NCBI GenBank assembly: GCA_964452145.1
Contig: CAYVLA010000022.1
Coordinates: forward strand, 1-36,391
Length of the DNA stretch: 36,391 nucleotides
Direction: 5' to 3'
Source of the DNA: Candidatus Hadarchaeota archaeon
Lineage (GTDB): Archaea; CAYQAE01; CAYVLA01
The translations under genes and the position numbers were made by a program. The notes below the pieces were generated by a model. It worked only from the letters and a program-made list of their open reading frames with translations. It was not told the origin of the DNA and made no database searches. Of this stretch, positions 7,740-16,773 are shown piece by piece; positions within the stretch are counted from its first letter, which is position 1; the number at the start of each line of letters is the position of its first letter.

Positions 7740-10535
7740 ATGACCAGCCCTGTGTCCGCGGGCCTGATCCCCGACGTTTTCGCCGGGAGGAACGTGCATC
7801 GCCAGTGGGTCGACCTGTGTGGGGCTTGGGAGTTCGAGAGAGATCCCGAAAACAATGGCAGAGTGAAAGGATGGCATCGGGGCAAGGGGACTCTGCTCGG
7901 TCGAATCAACATCCCCGGTGCTCCCCAGGCGCAAGGGTATGGGGAGCCTCATCTGAGGCAGAGGAATTACTTCACAGGGCCGTTCTGGATCCGGCGTACG
8001 TTTAGCTGTCCCCGACTACCGAGGGGCAGGGTTGCCTGGCTCCGGATCGGCGGAGTACAGCCCGCGGTGGAGATCTACCTGAACGGGTCCTGCATCGGGT
8101 ATTCAAAGAGCTCGAGAACGCCGCAGAGAGTTGATGTCACGGCGTTCCTGAGGCCGGGGGCCGAAAACCTGATCTCGCTTAAGATCTGCGACCTGCCAGA
8201 GGTCCGTCTCGACGGCTTGTGGGAGATGGAGGGCTTGGCCACGATGTGGACTGGGGTGTACAGACCCGTGGACCTGGAAATCACCGGAAGCCCGTGTCTG
8301 TTGGATGCCTACATAGTGCCGAACCTGGGCGCGAACTGCGCTCGGGTCGAGGTCGATCTGTCCAGCGCTTCGCCCAAAACGCTCCAGCTATCCCTCCGGG
8401 TAACCGATCACGAAAGAGTCTTGGGAGGGGCAGAGACCGTTTTAGATCCGGGAACGAGCAGTGCAGTCATCGAGGTCAAACTGGACAGCTACAGGACGTG
8501 GTCGCCCGATCATCCCAAGCTCTACACTATGCATATTCTCCTCTGCGATGGTTCCACGATCTCGGATCAGGTCGAGGTGCGCTTCGGGATGAGGGAGATT
8601 GCAGGGCAGGGTGCAAAGTTCCGCCTCAACGGCAAGCCGGTGCTCTTGCGGTTCTTTGGAGACGATCATCTATACCCAGACACGCTGTGCCCCCCCGCAG
8701 ATAGGGACTGGTATCTTCCCCGCCTAAAGCTGGCGCGATCCTACGGGATGAACGGTGTCAAGAGCTGTGTCGACATACTGCCGGAGGAATACCTACAGGC
8801 CGCGGATGAGGCGGGCATGATGGTCATCCAGGAGATGCCCTTCGGACTATCCGGCCTCAGGGAGAACAGACACACCATCGACCAGAGCTTCCGGGATTAT
8901 TACAAAGCCGAGCTGGAGGGCATAGTGAAGGTGACCAGAAACCATGCCTCGGTGATCTCCTACAGCATGTCGAGCGAGTTGAGCTTCGAACGACAGACCC
9001 AGGAGTCCTTTGAGTTCTTCAGTCGGGATCTGGTGCTTATGGCCAAGCGAATGGCGCCCCACGCACTAGTCGTTGACTGCACGGGGTACTCGATCGGTGA
9101 TCTGGACGAGACCCCCAAGGGCAGGCGCCATACGGACTATCACTGCTTCTTCCTTCGGGGCTGGAAGGACGTCTTGGACGAGCCCGTCACGGCCTCGGAC
9201 GGCGTCCGGCCCAGGATCCTTCATGAGTACTACTGGTGGGGTTGCTATCCGGACCCCAGGGACAGATCCAAGTACGCCACAAGCCAGGTGAAGCCTTTCT
9301 GGCTGGATGAACTCGAAAGAACCGCGGAGCAGAATGGACAGAAAGAGCTCATCCCGACCTACCGCAGGAACTCCCTTTGGTTGCAGGCCCTGTGCCGAAA
9401 GGACGGCGTCGAGTACGTCAGACGCAACCCGAACCTGGAGGGCTACATCCTCTGGCTTCTAATCGACCTAGGGCAGTGGTCGGAGGGCCTGCTCGACGAC
9501 TTCTGGAATACCAAGAACGTATCGGCCGAGGAGTTCCTGAGATCCAACGGGGACACAGTCGTGGTCCTCGCCAAGGAAGGGGATCGATGTCTGAGGATGG
9601 GCGAAAGGCACCGGATACCCTTGGCGGTGGATCATTACGGCGAGGAGGTGCTCCGCGGATGCTCCCTGCGGTGGAAGATCTTGGAAGGGGTCACAGGCAA
9701 GATTCAGCTACCTGATCTTGTGCCTGGCGGCTTGACCCAGGCCGGGTCGGCTGAGTTCGATCTGGCGGACGAAAAGCAGGCCTGCAAGCTCACCCTTCAG
9801 GTCGAACTGCGCCGTGGGCAGGAGGTGGTCAACACCAATGAGTGGAGCTTCTGGGCCTTTCCCGAGGTCCCCGAATGGGTGCTCGCCGCCGCAGTCGATG
9901 GAAAGGCTGGCGATCTTGGGGGTGGAAGATTCCTTCGCGTCGGGCCGTCCGCGTCGGTGCCCGTGCCCAGGGGAGTCACGCTCGTCGTCGCCGATCATCT
10001 CGATGAAGGGCTCACAGACTACGTTGAGAAGGGCGGGAGGTGCGTGCTGTTCACCCGGGCAGCCGTGATAGAGAACTCTGTTGCCCCACGGGGCCCGGGT
10101 AACAAGTATGGGCTGTTCCGGACGATCCCTTGGAATGCGGGCGACCATGGGAATCTGGGCACGGTGATCGGCTGCCATGCAGCCTTGGATGGATTTCCTC
10201 ATGAGAACGCGTGTGACCTACAGTTCATCTCAATGTTGAAGGGCAGGTTGCCGATGGAGTTCTCGGAGCTCATCGCCGACGGCGTTCAACCGATCATTCG
10301 CGGAATAGATCACTACCGGGCGAACAGGAATAACGCCTACATGATGGAGTTCAAAGTCGGCAGGGGCAGTGTCCTGGTAAGCTCCCTCGGTGTGCTAGAT
10401 GAGTTGCCCAAGCACATAGAGGCAAGGCATCTGCTTCTCTGCATGTTGGACTATGCAGGCAGTGATAGATTCTGTCCAAGAGGTGCCGTGTCGAGGGACA
10501 AGTTCGTCAGGCTCTTCAGCCCTCGGCCTGGGTGA
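7740..10535 (+). CDS. Glycoside hydrolase family 2-like protein, no signal peptide
   Basis: DLCGAWEF..DP, sugar-binding domain WLRIGGV..YLNG, WSPDHPKLY, RFGMREI, LNGKPVLLR, NHASVISYSMSSE, ILHEY. Confidence 0.88.
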   Translation: MTSPVSAGLIPDVFAGRNVHRQWVDLCGAWEFERDPENNGRVKGWHRGKGTLLGRINIPGAPQAQGYGEPHLRQRNYFTGPFWIRRTFSCPRLPRGRVAWLRIGGVQPAVEIYLNGSCIGYSKSSRTPQRVDVTAFLRPGAENLISLKICDLPEVRLDGLWEMEGLATMWTGVYRPVDLEITGSPCLLDAYIVPNLGANCARVEVDLSSASPKTLQLSLRVTDHERVLGGAETVLDPGTSSAVIEVKLDSYRTWSPDHPKLYTMHILLCDGSTISDQVEVRFGMREIAGQGAKFRLNGKPVLLRFFGDDHLYPDTLCPPADRDWYLPRLKLARSYGMNGVKSCVDILPEEYLQAADEAGMMVIQEMPFGLSGLRENRHTIDQSFRDYYKAELEGIVKVTRNHASVISYSMSSELSFERQTQESFEFFSRDLVLMAKRMAPHALVVDCTGYSIGDLDETPKGRRHTDYHCFFLRGWKDVLDEPVTASDGVRPRILHEYYWWGCYPDPRDRSKYATSQVKPFWLDELERTAEQNGQKELIPTYRRNSLWLQALCRKDGVEYVRRNPNLEGYILWLLIDLGQWSEGLLDDFWNTKNVSAEEFLRSNGDTVVVLAKEGDRCLRMGERHRIPLAVDHYGEEVLRGCSLRWKILEGVTGKIQLPDLVPGGLTQAGSAEFDLADEKQACKLTLQVELRRGQEVVNTNEWSFWAFPEVPEWVLAAAVDGKAGDLGGGRFLRVGPSASVPVPRGVTLVVADHLDEGLTDYVEKGGRCVLFTRAAVIENSVAPRGPGNKYGLFRTIPWNAGDHGNLGTVIGCHAALDGFPHENACDLQFISMLKGRLPMEFSELIADGVQPIIRGIDHYRANRNNAYMMEFKVGRGSVLVSSLGVLDELPKHIEARHLLLCMLDYAGSDRFCPRGAVSRDKFVRLFSPRPG

Positions 10536-10547
10536 GGAGGCGGCCGA

Positions 10548-11177
10548 TCAGGCGACGTCTAGGACGTCGTTCAGCGTCTCCACGTTGAATCCGGTGCTTG
10601 CACAGCCGTTTCGGAGCAGCGGGACGGCTTGGTACGGCAGCACCTTGCCCACCTCCCGTATGCCCATCTGGATCTCGTTGGGGCACGCGACCCCCACCGC
10701 TCCTTCGTAGCTCTTCTTGGCCAGGATCTTGGGTATGCAGGAGCCGCCGGGAAGGACATATACGTCGTATCCCTTCCTCTCCCCCGATCTAACCGCCATG
10801 TTCACCAGGCAGTCTTCCGAGCAATGCTGGCATTTGTAGGTAGAGAACTCCGGGTCGAACTGGGCCTTGCACCTGCCATCCATGTGCTTCCGAGAGCAAT
10901 GCGGAAGAAGAAGGGCGCGTCTCCGGGTTTTCCTGAAGGAGTCCTCTTGGGAGAGGTTCCTTGAGTAGATGTCGACCATGTCGGTTATGAGCGTGACGGC
11001 ATCGCTCAGGGGAAGGCCGGTGATCTCCTGTATCTTGAAGGTTCCTATCGTGTGTTCGACCATCTTGCCCACGCGGCGGGGCAGGTTCCTGCTATCCGAG
11101 ATCTTGGCAATCTCCCTGAAGAAGGAGCGCGACAACCCGGTTAGGTCGAAGGAGAACTTGTAGGCCAATCTGACCAA
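10548..11177 (-). CDS. DUF116 family protein
   Basis: LLLPHCSR..C, C..C...C, YVLPGGS, VGVAC..E, VPL..NGC..T are typical of DUF116. TTG start with AGGAG SD. Confidence 0.88.
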   Translation of the reverse strand: MVRLAYKFSFDLTGLSRSFFREIAKISDSRNLPRRVGKMVEHTIGTFKIQEITGLPLSDAVTLITDMVDIYSRNLSQEDSFRKTRRRALLLPHCSRKHMDGRCKAQFDPEFSTYKCQHCSEDCLVNMAVRSGERKGYDVYVLPGGSCIPKILAKKSYEGAVGVACPNEIQMGIREVGKVLPYQAVPLLRNGCASTGFNVETLNDVLDVA

Positions 11178-11196
11178 CCGCTCCTAATAGCCTTCC

Positions 11197-11209
11197 GATA
11201 TAAGTTTCT
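11197..11209 (-). promoter_or_regulatory. Putative BRE/TATA promoter of the DUF116 gene
   Basis: Minus strand reads AGAAACTTATATC about 25 nt upstream of the start. Confidence 0.6.
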
Positions 11210-11357
11210 CTGTTTCCGGGGCAACTCGACTTGCGAGGCATGATCGCGGCGATCCCCTGTCGCAGCCTGCCGCGCGGCTGGCTCATCCCGAGCCCCTTCA
11301 CCAATGTCGTGGAGAGAGTTTTCAGCCGGCCTTGGCCATAAGCCAGGAGTTGTCTGG

Positions 11358-11714
11358 ATGGTCCTCTACAAAAGTGTCAAACCGCATCGCTTCACTTCCG
11401 GGAATCCGGTGGAGAAGCATTTCCATGACCATGATGAGACCTGGTTCATCATGGGGGGAAAGGCTCGCGCCTTCATGGTGGATCGTTCTGGTGAGCGGTC
11501 TGAGTTCGTATTGGAACAGGGGGACATATGGATGGTCGAGGCAGGAGTCGAGCATGGCTGCGTCCCGATCGGCGAGGTGCTGATCTTCCCCGTAACTGGG
11601 ACGATTCCAGAGGGTTCCCACAAACCCGGGCATTACTACATGGAGAAGGAGAGGTACATGCCCACCCTGAGGGTGGAGAAGAAGCCATTGAACCGTTATC
11701 CGGAAGCTGAGTAG
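11358..11714 (+). CDS. Cupin domain protein
   Basis: HFHDHDETW (H-x-H-x3-E) and GVEH motifs. ATG 11358 is preceded by AGGAG. Confidence 0.88.
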   Translation: MVLYKSVKPHRFTSGNPVEKHFHDHDETWFIMGGKARAFMVDRSGERSEFVLEQGDIWMVEAGVEHGCVPIGEVLIFPVTGTIPEGSHKPGHYYMEKERYMPTLRVEKKPLNRYPEAE

Positions 11715-12689
11715 ATGCGCAAGATGGGGATAGAGTATCCATCGCAGGGCGAGATGCGTTTCGTGGATCTGGGGGATCCCCCGATCCCCGGCCCCACCGA
11801 GATCTTGATCGAGACCCGTTTCTCGGGGGTAACAAACGGTACCGAGCGCCACGCCCTTCTGGGCGAGCATGGCTGGAAGGATCATTTCCCCAGCCGCCAT
11901 GGTTATCAGCATGTTGGAACGGTTGTCGAAGTCGGCAAGTCGGTTCGGGATCTCACGGAGGGGGATTGGGTGTTCTACGGACGTTACGTCGGGCATCGAG
12001 GATGGAACCTTCAGGATCTATCCTGGGCCGATCCAACCTCCAACGCCTCACACCTGGTCATTCCGATCCCAAGCCAGCTCGACAAGGAACCCTGCGTACT
12101 ATTCGGCGTGGCCGGGGTGGCGATGCGGGCAGTCAGGCGTTTGCGGGTGGATGGATCCCAGAAGGTGTGGGTCGTCGGCGCCGGGCCCATCGGGCTCTTC
12201 GCCGCGCAGGCAGCTCGAGCTTATGGGGCACACGTAACGTTGACGGACCTGATACCGAGCAGGCTCTCCGTCGCCGAGCGCATCGGTGCTGACGTGACCA
12301 TAGACGCTTCTGGTAAGGACAGCATGGACGCTCTGAGAGATGGGGGCCCCTATGACCGCATAATAGATGCGAGCGGCGCCAAGGGGCTGCTTGCGGACAT
12401 TCAGAGGCACCGGCTACTCTCCCACGCGGGGGCCATCGGGTTGATTGCGGTCAGATCCCAGACGTGCTTCGAGTGGGGGATGCTCCACGGAACCGAGGCG
12501 TCCATCGAGGTCTCATGCCACTTCAGCCTTCAGGACCTCGCTGTCCTGATCGGCTTCGTCAAGCGCCGGGTGATCAGGATAGATCCGGTCATCACCCACA
12601 GGGCCGGAATCGAGGATGCGCCCGTGATCTACAAGACCCTCAGGGACAGTCCCTGGGAACTTCTGGGGGTCATCTTCGACTGGCGTTGA
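11715..12689 (+). CDS. Medium-chain dehydrogenase/reductase (YcjQ / sugar dehydrogenase-like)
   Basis: SGVTNGTE, HGYQHVG.V.EVG..V and GAGPIG NAD-binding motif. Starts immediately after the cupin stop. Confidence 0.88.
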   Translation: MRKMGIEYPSQGEMRFVDLGDPPIPGPTEILIETRFSGVTNGTERHALLGEHGWKDHFPSRHGYQHVGTVVEVGKSVRDLTEGDWVFYGRYVGHRGWNLQDLSWADPTSNASHLVIPIPSQLDKEPCVLFGVAGVAMRAVRRLRVDGSQKVWVVGAGPIGLFAAQAARAYGAHVTLTDLIPSRLSVAERIGADVTIDASGKDSMDALRDGGPYDRIIDASGAKGLLADIQRHRLLSHAGAIGLIAVRSQTCFEWGMLHGTEASIEVSCHFSLQDLAVLIGFVKRRVIRIDPVITHRAGIEDAPVIYKTLRDSPWELLGVIFDWR

Positions 12690-12860
12690 GAGTTGGAGAG
12701 GGCCAAGATTCTTGCCCGAGTGCCGAACGGAACCAGCGATATGCAGACTCGGTCAGAGACTCACCAACCGTCCCTCGACGGTCGTGTCGGCGTCCTGTTC
12801 ATCCCCGCGAGGGCATGGTCAATTGTCATGGTTGCGCACAGAGCCATGGAGATAGCCACG

Positions 12861-12870
12861 CTTATATATG
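12861..12870 (+). promoter_or_regulatory. Putative TATA box of P2
   Basis: CTTATATATG lies about 35 nt upstream of ATG 12902, with GGGGTTGA before the start. Confidence 0.6.
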
Positions 12871-12901
12871 CGGCAATGCATCTCCTTTCTCGGGGGTTGA
12901 T

Positions 12902-14134
12902 ATGGTGTGCAGATCACTGATGATCGCAGCCACTACCGCATTGCTGCTTGTCATTCCCATTTCCGGGGCCCAGTGGGCAGATCCGAGAAGGGTCGTGGTA
13001 CTCTACACCGGGGATCCTTACCCCGGTGTGACGCCCTATCTCTCGATGAAAGAGGATGCGTTCATCGTCGTGCAACCCGTGCAGGCCTCTTCAATGCACT
13101 ATGCAGGGATAACGTGGGACGACATACGCCGATCCATGAGGGTCTACATGGCCCGGACTTACGAGGAATACGTTGACAAGTATGATGTCACGATCCTGAG
13201 CGATTCCAACAGGATGGCCTTCACGTCCGCTCAGATCTCATGGTTCAAGAATTCGGTGCTTGACCATGGTATGGGACTTCTCATGGTGGGGGGATACGAG
13301 AGCTTTGCGGGAGGCTTCGGCCACCCGAGCTGGAAGGCCTCGCCGGTTGAGGATGTCCTTCCCGTTGAGATCCCCACGGGCGCGATTACCTGGGTGAGCG
13401 GCAACGTCCCAATCGCGGTTGGAGACTATGATAACGAGTTCATCGCGAGCCTGCCGTACCGGCCGCTTCCCGAGTATACGAGGATCGGTACCGATGGCAA
13501 CTATGTGATCCGGAAGCAGGGCTCGGATCTTCTGGCTTACTGGGTCTCCGCCAAGTATGATGATCCACCATGCTACGTGACCTGGAAGATCGGGAAGGGC
13601 AGAACCTACGCAATGTGCCATGACTGGACGCCCGGTGGCGGGTGGTTGATGTCTCAATGGGACTACTACCGCGACTACTCGGTCAACCTGATGCTGTACT
13701 TATCGGGCAGGCCACTTCCAACCGACCACCTGGTGGTCCATCAGTACAGGCGGCTGATCCACCATATTGCCATCGGCAAGAACACCCTGCTTTCGCTGAT
13801 GGGCTTCGTCGAGAGCTTTGGAGGAAATCCTCGCCCCATCGACGAGCAGCTCATCTATCTCGACTCGATGGTGGGCGATGCCAGAGAGGACTACCTGGAT
13901 CACAACTTCGATCTAGCCCTTTCGAAGGTCCAAGGAGCATTTGAGAAGCTCAAGTCCATTGAGGAACTCTCGGTCAGAATAAAGGACGAAGCCCTGTTCT
14001 GGGTTTACATGGTCCAATGGTTGAGCGTGATGGGTGTAAGCATGTTCTGTGGGGTGTTGCTCTGGACGCTGATGGTCAGAAGGAGACTCTTCCACGAGGT
14101 GAAGGTCACGAGGCTGCAGAGTCGCTTTGCATGA
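12902..14134 (+). CDS. Secreted, C-terminally anchored GATase1-like (DUF1355-like) protein, paralog P2
   Basis: Signal peptide MVCRSLMIAATTALLLVIPISGA, then RVYMARTY, GLLMVGGYESFAGG, VLPVE, HDWTP and the tail IKDEALFWVY-TM-LMVRRRLFHEVKVTR. Confidence 0.85.
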   Translation: MVCRSLMIAATTALLLVIPISGAQWADPRRVVVLYTGDPYPGVTPYLSMKEDAFIVVQPVQASSMHYAGITWDDIRRSMRVYMARTYEEYVDKYDVTILSDSNRMAFTSAQISWFKNSVLDHGMGLLMVGGYESFAGGFGHPSWKASPVEDVLPVEIPTGAITWVSGNVPIAVGDYDNEFIASLPYRPLPEYTRIGTDGNYVIRKQGSDLLAYWVSAKYDDPPCYVTWKIGKGRTYAMCHDWTPGGGWLMSQWDYYRDYSVNLMLYLSGRPLPTDHLVVHQYRRLIHHIAIGKNTLLSLMGFVESFGGNPRPIDEQLIYLDSMVGDAREDYLDHNFDLALSKVQGAFEKLKSIEELSVRIKDEALFWVYMVQWLSVMGVSMFCGVLLWTLMVRRRLFHEVKVTRLQSRFA

Positions 14135-14223
14135 TCGAGCCTTGGTCAGCTGCCCGGCCCTCGTTTGAGTTCCTTCTCAGCTTCGAAAGACTTATGAGAA
14201 GGATGAGCTGTGTAAGCCTGGCA

Positions 14224-15222
14224 ATGTCTTGGGTCAGGACCGTGCATTTTCTCTTGATCGGGGCCGTCCTCCTGTCGTTCCGCCTCTGCGTAGCAGAGCA
14301 GAGGCCCTTGATCTTGATCTTCTCACCCGCAGCGCCTGCATACGGGCATGAGCTGCAGCGGATCCTTGAGGAGGACGGCAGATTCGACGCAGAGGTTACT
14401 GTCCTGACCAGTTCAGAAGCTTTTAACCTGATGATGCACTACCCAACGGTGAAGGTTGGTATAGTTGCATTGGGCGGGGATGCCAACCGCAACATCTCAT
14501 CCACGCTGCGCTGGTTCTTCCGTCAAGGCGGGGGGCTTGTCGGCCTCGGGTTCGCGGGTTCCGAAGCATCGGTCGACATAGCCTCGAAGGAAGTGTTCCC
14601 CATTTTCGGAAACTCCTACAAGATGGGTGCATTCGATATGACCACCAGGAGCTATGCGACCCGCCAGATCAGGGATGAGGAGGACGACATCTCCCGAGGC
14701 CTTGCTGATTTCACCTTGTCGGACCAGAAGTTGGTGCTGAGTGTCGATCCCGCAACCAAAGCGTATGTCGCCAGAGCGCCGGAGGAGGGAGAGTACAAGG
14801 TTCTGTACAGGGAGAGCACTACCGGCGCGCCCTCCGTGGTGAAGTACCAGAACGGCGGTTACTCGGTCACCTTCGCCAGTTTCGCCGGTACTGACGACCC
14901 AGGGTCATCGTATTTCGGACACTTCGCGGGAAGCGATGAATTCAGGGCTCTCTTCACCAACGCTGTGGACTGGGTCTGGAATGCCGAAAGCAAGTATTCC
15001 AGGTCAATGGCCGAGGCATTGACCTACGAGGACAGAATGGAGCAGAAACGACTCATACGACAGCAGGCGGATGAACGGGACAGGAATGCGGAGAGGGTAT
15101 GGATGATGCGGGCCATCGTGGTCGCCGTTCTCTGCGTGGGTGCAATTGGATGCGTGTACCGGCTCTTCTTCACCGTTCCTCCGGCGGGCCGCTCCTCCCG
15201 GGCGACGCATGACATCGGATGA
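14224..15222 (+). CDS. Secreted GATase-like/ThuA-like domain protein with helical linker and C-terminal TM
   Basis: Signal peptide from ATG 14224 (alternative ATG 14131 overlaps the P2 stop). FFRQGGGLVGLG, LFTNAVDWV, a charged helix, then AIVVAVLCVGAIGCVY. Confidence 0.75.
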   Translation: MSWVRTVHFLLIGAVLLSFRLCVAEQRPLILIFSPAAPAYGHELQRILEEDGRFDAEVTVLTSSEAFNLMMHYPTVKVGIVALGGDANRNISSTLRWFFRQGGGLVGLGFAGSEASVDIASKEVFPIFGNSYKMGAFDMTTRSYATRQIRDEEDDISRGLADFTLSDQKLVLSVDPATKAYVARAPEEGEYKVLYRESTTGAPSVVKYQNGGYSVTFASFAGTDDPGSSYFGHFAGSDEFRALFTNAVDWVWNAESKYSRSMAEALTYEDRMEQKRLIRQQADERDRNAERVWMMRAIVVAVLCVGAIGCVYRLFFTVPPAGRSSRATHDIG

Positions 15223-15227
15223 TCGGT

Positions 15228-16760
15228 CTACTTCTCAAGGAAGCTTCTGTATCTCGTGCAGTAGTGCTTGGATCCTTTCACCGCGTAGTCTCGACATCGG
15301 AAGCAGAGATCAGGGTCAAAGATCTTCCTGCACTCCGCGGGTTTCGTCCTTCTGGCCCTCGTTTGCCTCGGCCCACTCCGTCGGGTCGCAACACACCTGT
15401 AACCTATGAGAGATGTCGCTGCGCCCATGCCAAGTACGATCGCACCGGCGATCGCCAGGGTCGATCCTCCCGAAAGGGCCTTGATGTCCGCCGGGGTGAG
15501 CCTCTCGAGTATGATGGGGCTCTCGCTCAGATCCAATCTCAGGCGATGACTCGCGCTGCGAACGGGCAGAGGTTGCCCGAATATGTCTGTGACCGCGATG
15601 TTCTCCACCTTCGACTTCAGAGAGATGCCCACCTCACGGGTTCCATAAGGTACCCAGATGAACAGGATTCTCTCCTCGCCTCTTCGGAACGCGTGGCACT
15701 GGATATCCTTGATGGGAACCTTGGCATCATAGTCGGCATCCCCAAGTAGCCTTGCCAGGTTCTGATGGGCTGTGAAGGCTGGCCGAGGGGTGAAATCGTA
15801 TTCCAGAAGGGCCGAGCCCTCCTCCTGCGGAGGGCCTCTGAAGTTGAACCAGAGGAGCCTGCTGACGCCCTCGGCGAAGGAAAGAACGTACGCCCTGACG
15901 AGGAAGTTCGCTTGATCGCGTCTGGTGAAGTTCGGCCCCAGTCCCCACGCGATCTCGGTGAACCAGATCTCTTTACCATCATCACCGTGTCTCGCCATGA
16001 TGGCGCGAAGCCACTTCATCGCATCGGAGAAGTTGAACTGATCAAAGCAGGGATCGGGGCTGCCCGGATAGGGATGTGTGGCCATGACATCGAAGTACTT
16101 CCCCCCGCCGTAGGAGTATACCTTCTCCAAGAATTCGAAGTTGAACCCGATCACGCCCCCGATGAGGATGGTGCACTCTGGGTCGGCCCTCTTCGCTGCA
16201 AGGTATGCGGTTCTCAGGAGGTTCGTGTAGCCGAGGGGGTCGGCCTTTGGCAACCAGAAGAATCTGGTGTTCGGCTCATTCCACACCTCCCAATGGCTAA
16301 CCCGTCCCTTGAAGTGATCGACGGTCCTGTAGACGTACTCGTCCCAGTCGCTCAGGTACTTGGGCGGGGCCCGGTCGCGTCCGTCGGTCCACGATGTTGG
16401 GGCAGAGGACGCCCATTCAGCCGAGTAATCGAGTATGCCAAGGATGCGGATGCCGGCATCCGTTGTTTGCCTCACGACTTCGTCGTACTGATCGAAGATG
16501 AAAGTTCCATTCTCAGGTTCGATGGAGTTCCAGGTGAAATCCTGCCTATGCCAGAGAAGGCCTCCCTCGGCCATGATGGAGAAGTTGTGGCCGTGGTTCA
16601 CGCCGAAGGGCCAATCGTCCGCTCTGGTCAGCGAGGCACCCGAGACGGTCACCTCTCCAGACTGCCAGGTTATCATGATAATGAGCGCAACGATCAGAGC
16701 AGGTGCAAATCGATTCGCTCCGTAACAAGGCCGTGATGGATCGAGCAAGAGTCGCATCAC
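15228..16760 (-). CDS. Membrane-anchored clan GH-A glycoside hydrolase (GH39/GH5-like) with Cys-rich C-terminal tail
   Basis: FGVN, RQDFTW..IEP..G.F.F..YD, acid/base WEVWNEPN, HPY, nucleophile IWFTEIAW. N-terminal hydrophobic segment and C-terminal TM. Confidence 0.88.
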   Translation of the reverse strand: MMRLLLDPSRPCYGANRFAPALIVALIIMITWQSGEVTVSGASLTRADDWPFGVNHGHNFSIMAEGGLLWHRQDFTWNSIEPENGTFIFDQYDEVVRQTTDAGIRILGILDYSAEWASSAPTSWTDGRDRAPPKYLSDWDEYVYRTVDHFKGRVSHWEVWNEPNTRFFWLPKADPLGYTNLLRTAYLAAKRADPECTILIGGVIGFNFEFLEKVYSYGGGKYFDVMATHPYPGSPDPCFDQFNFSDAMKWLRAIMARHGDDGKEIWFTEIAWGLGPNFTRRDQANFLVRAYVLSFAEGVSRLLWFNFRGPPQEEGSALLEYDFTPRPAFTAHQNLARLLGDADYDAKVPIKDIQCHAFRRGEERILFIWVPYGTREVGISLKSKVENIAVTDIFGQPLPVRSASHRLRLDLSESPIILERLTPADIKALSGGSTLAIAGAIVLGMGAATSLIGYRCVATRRSGPRQTRARRTKPAECRKIFDPDLCFRCRDYAVKGSKHYCTRYRSFLEK

Positions 16761-16773
16761 GAGTCGGCCCGGT

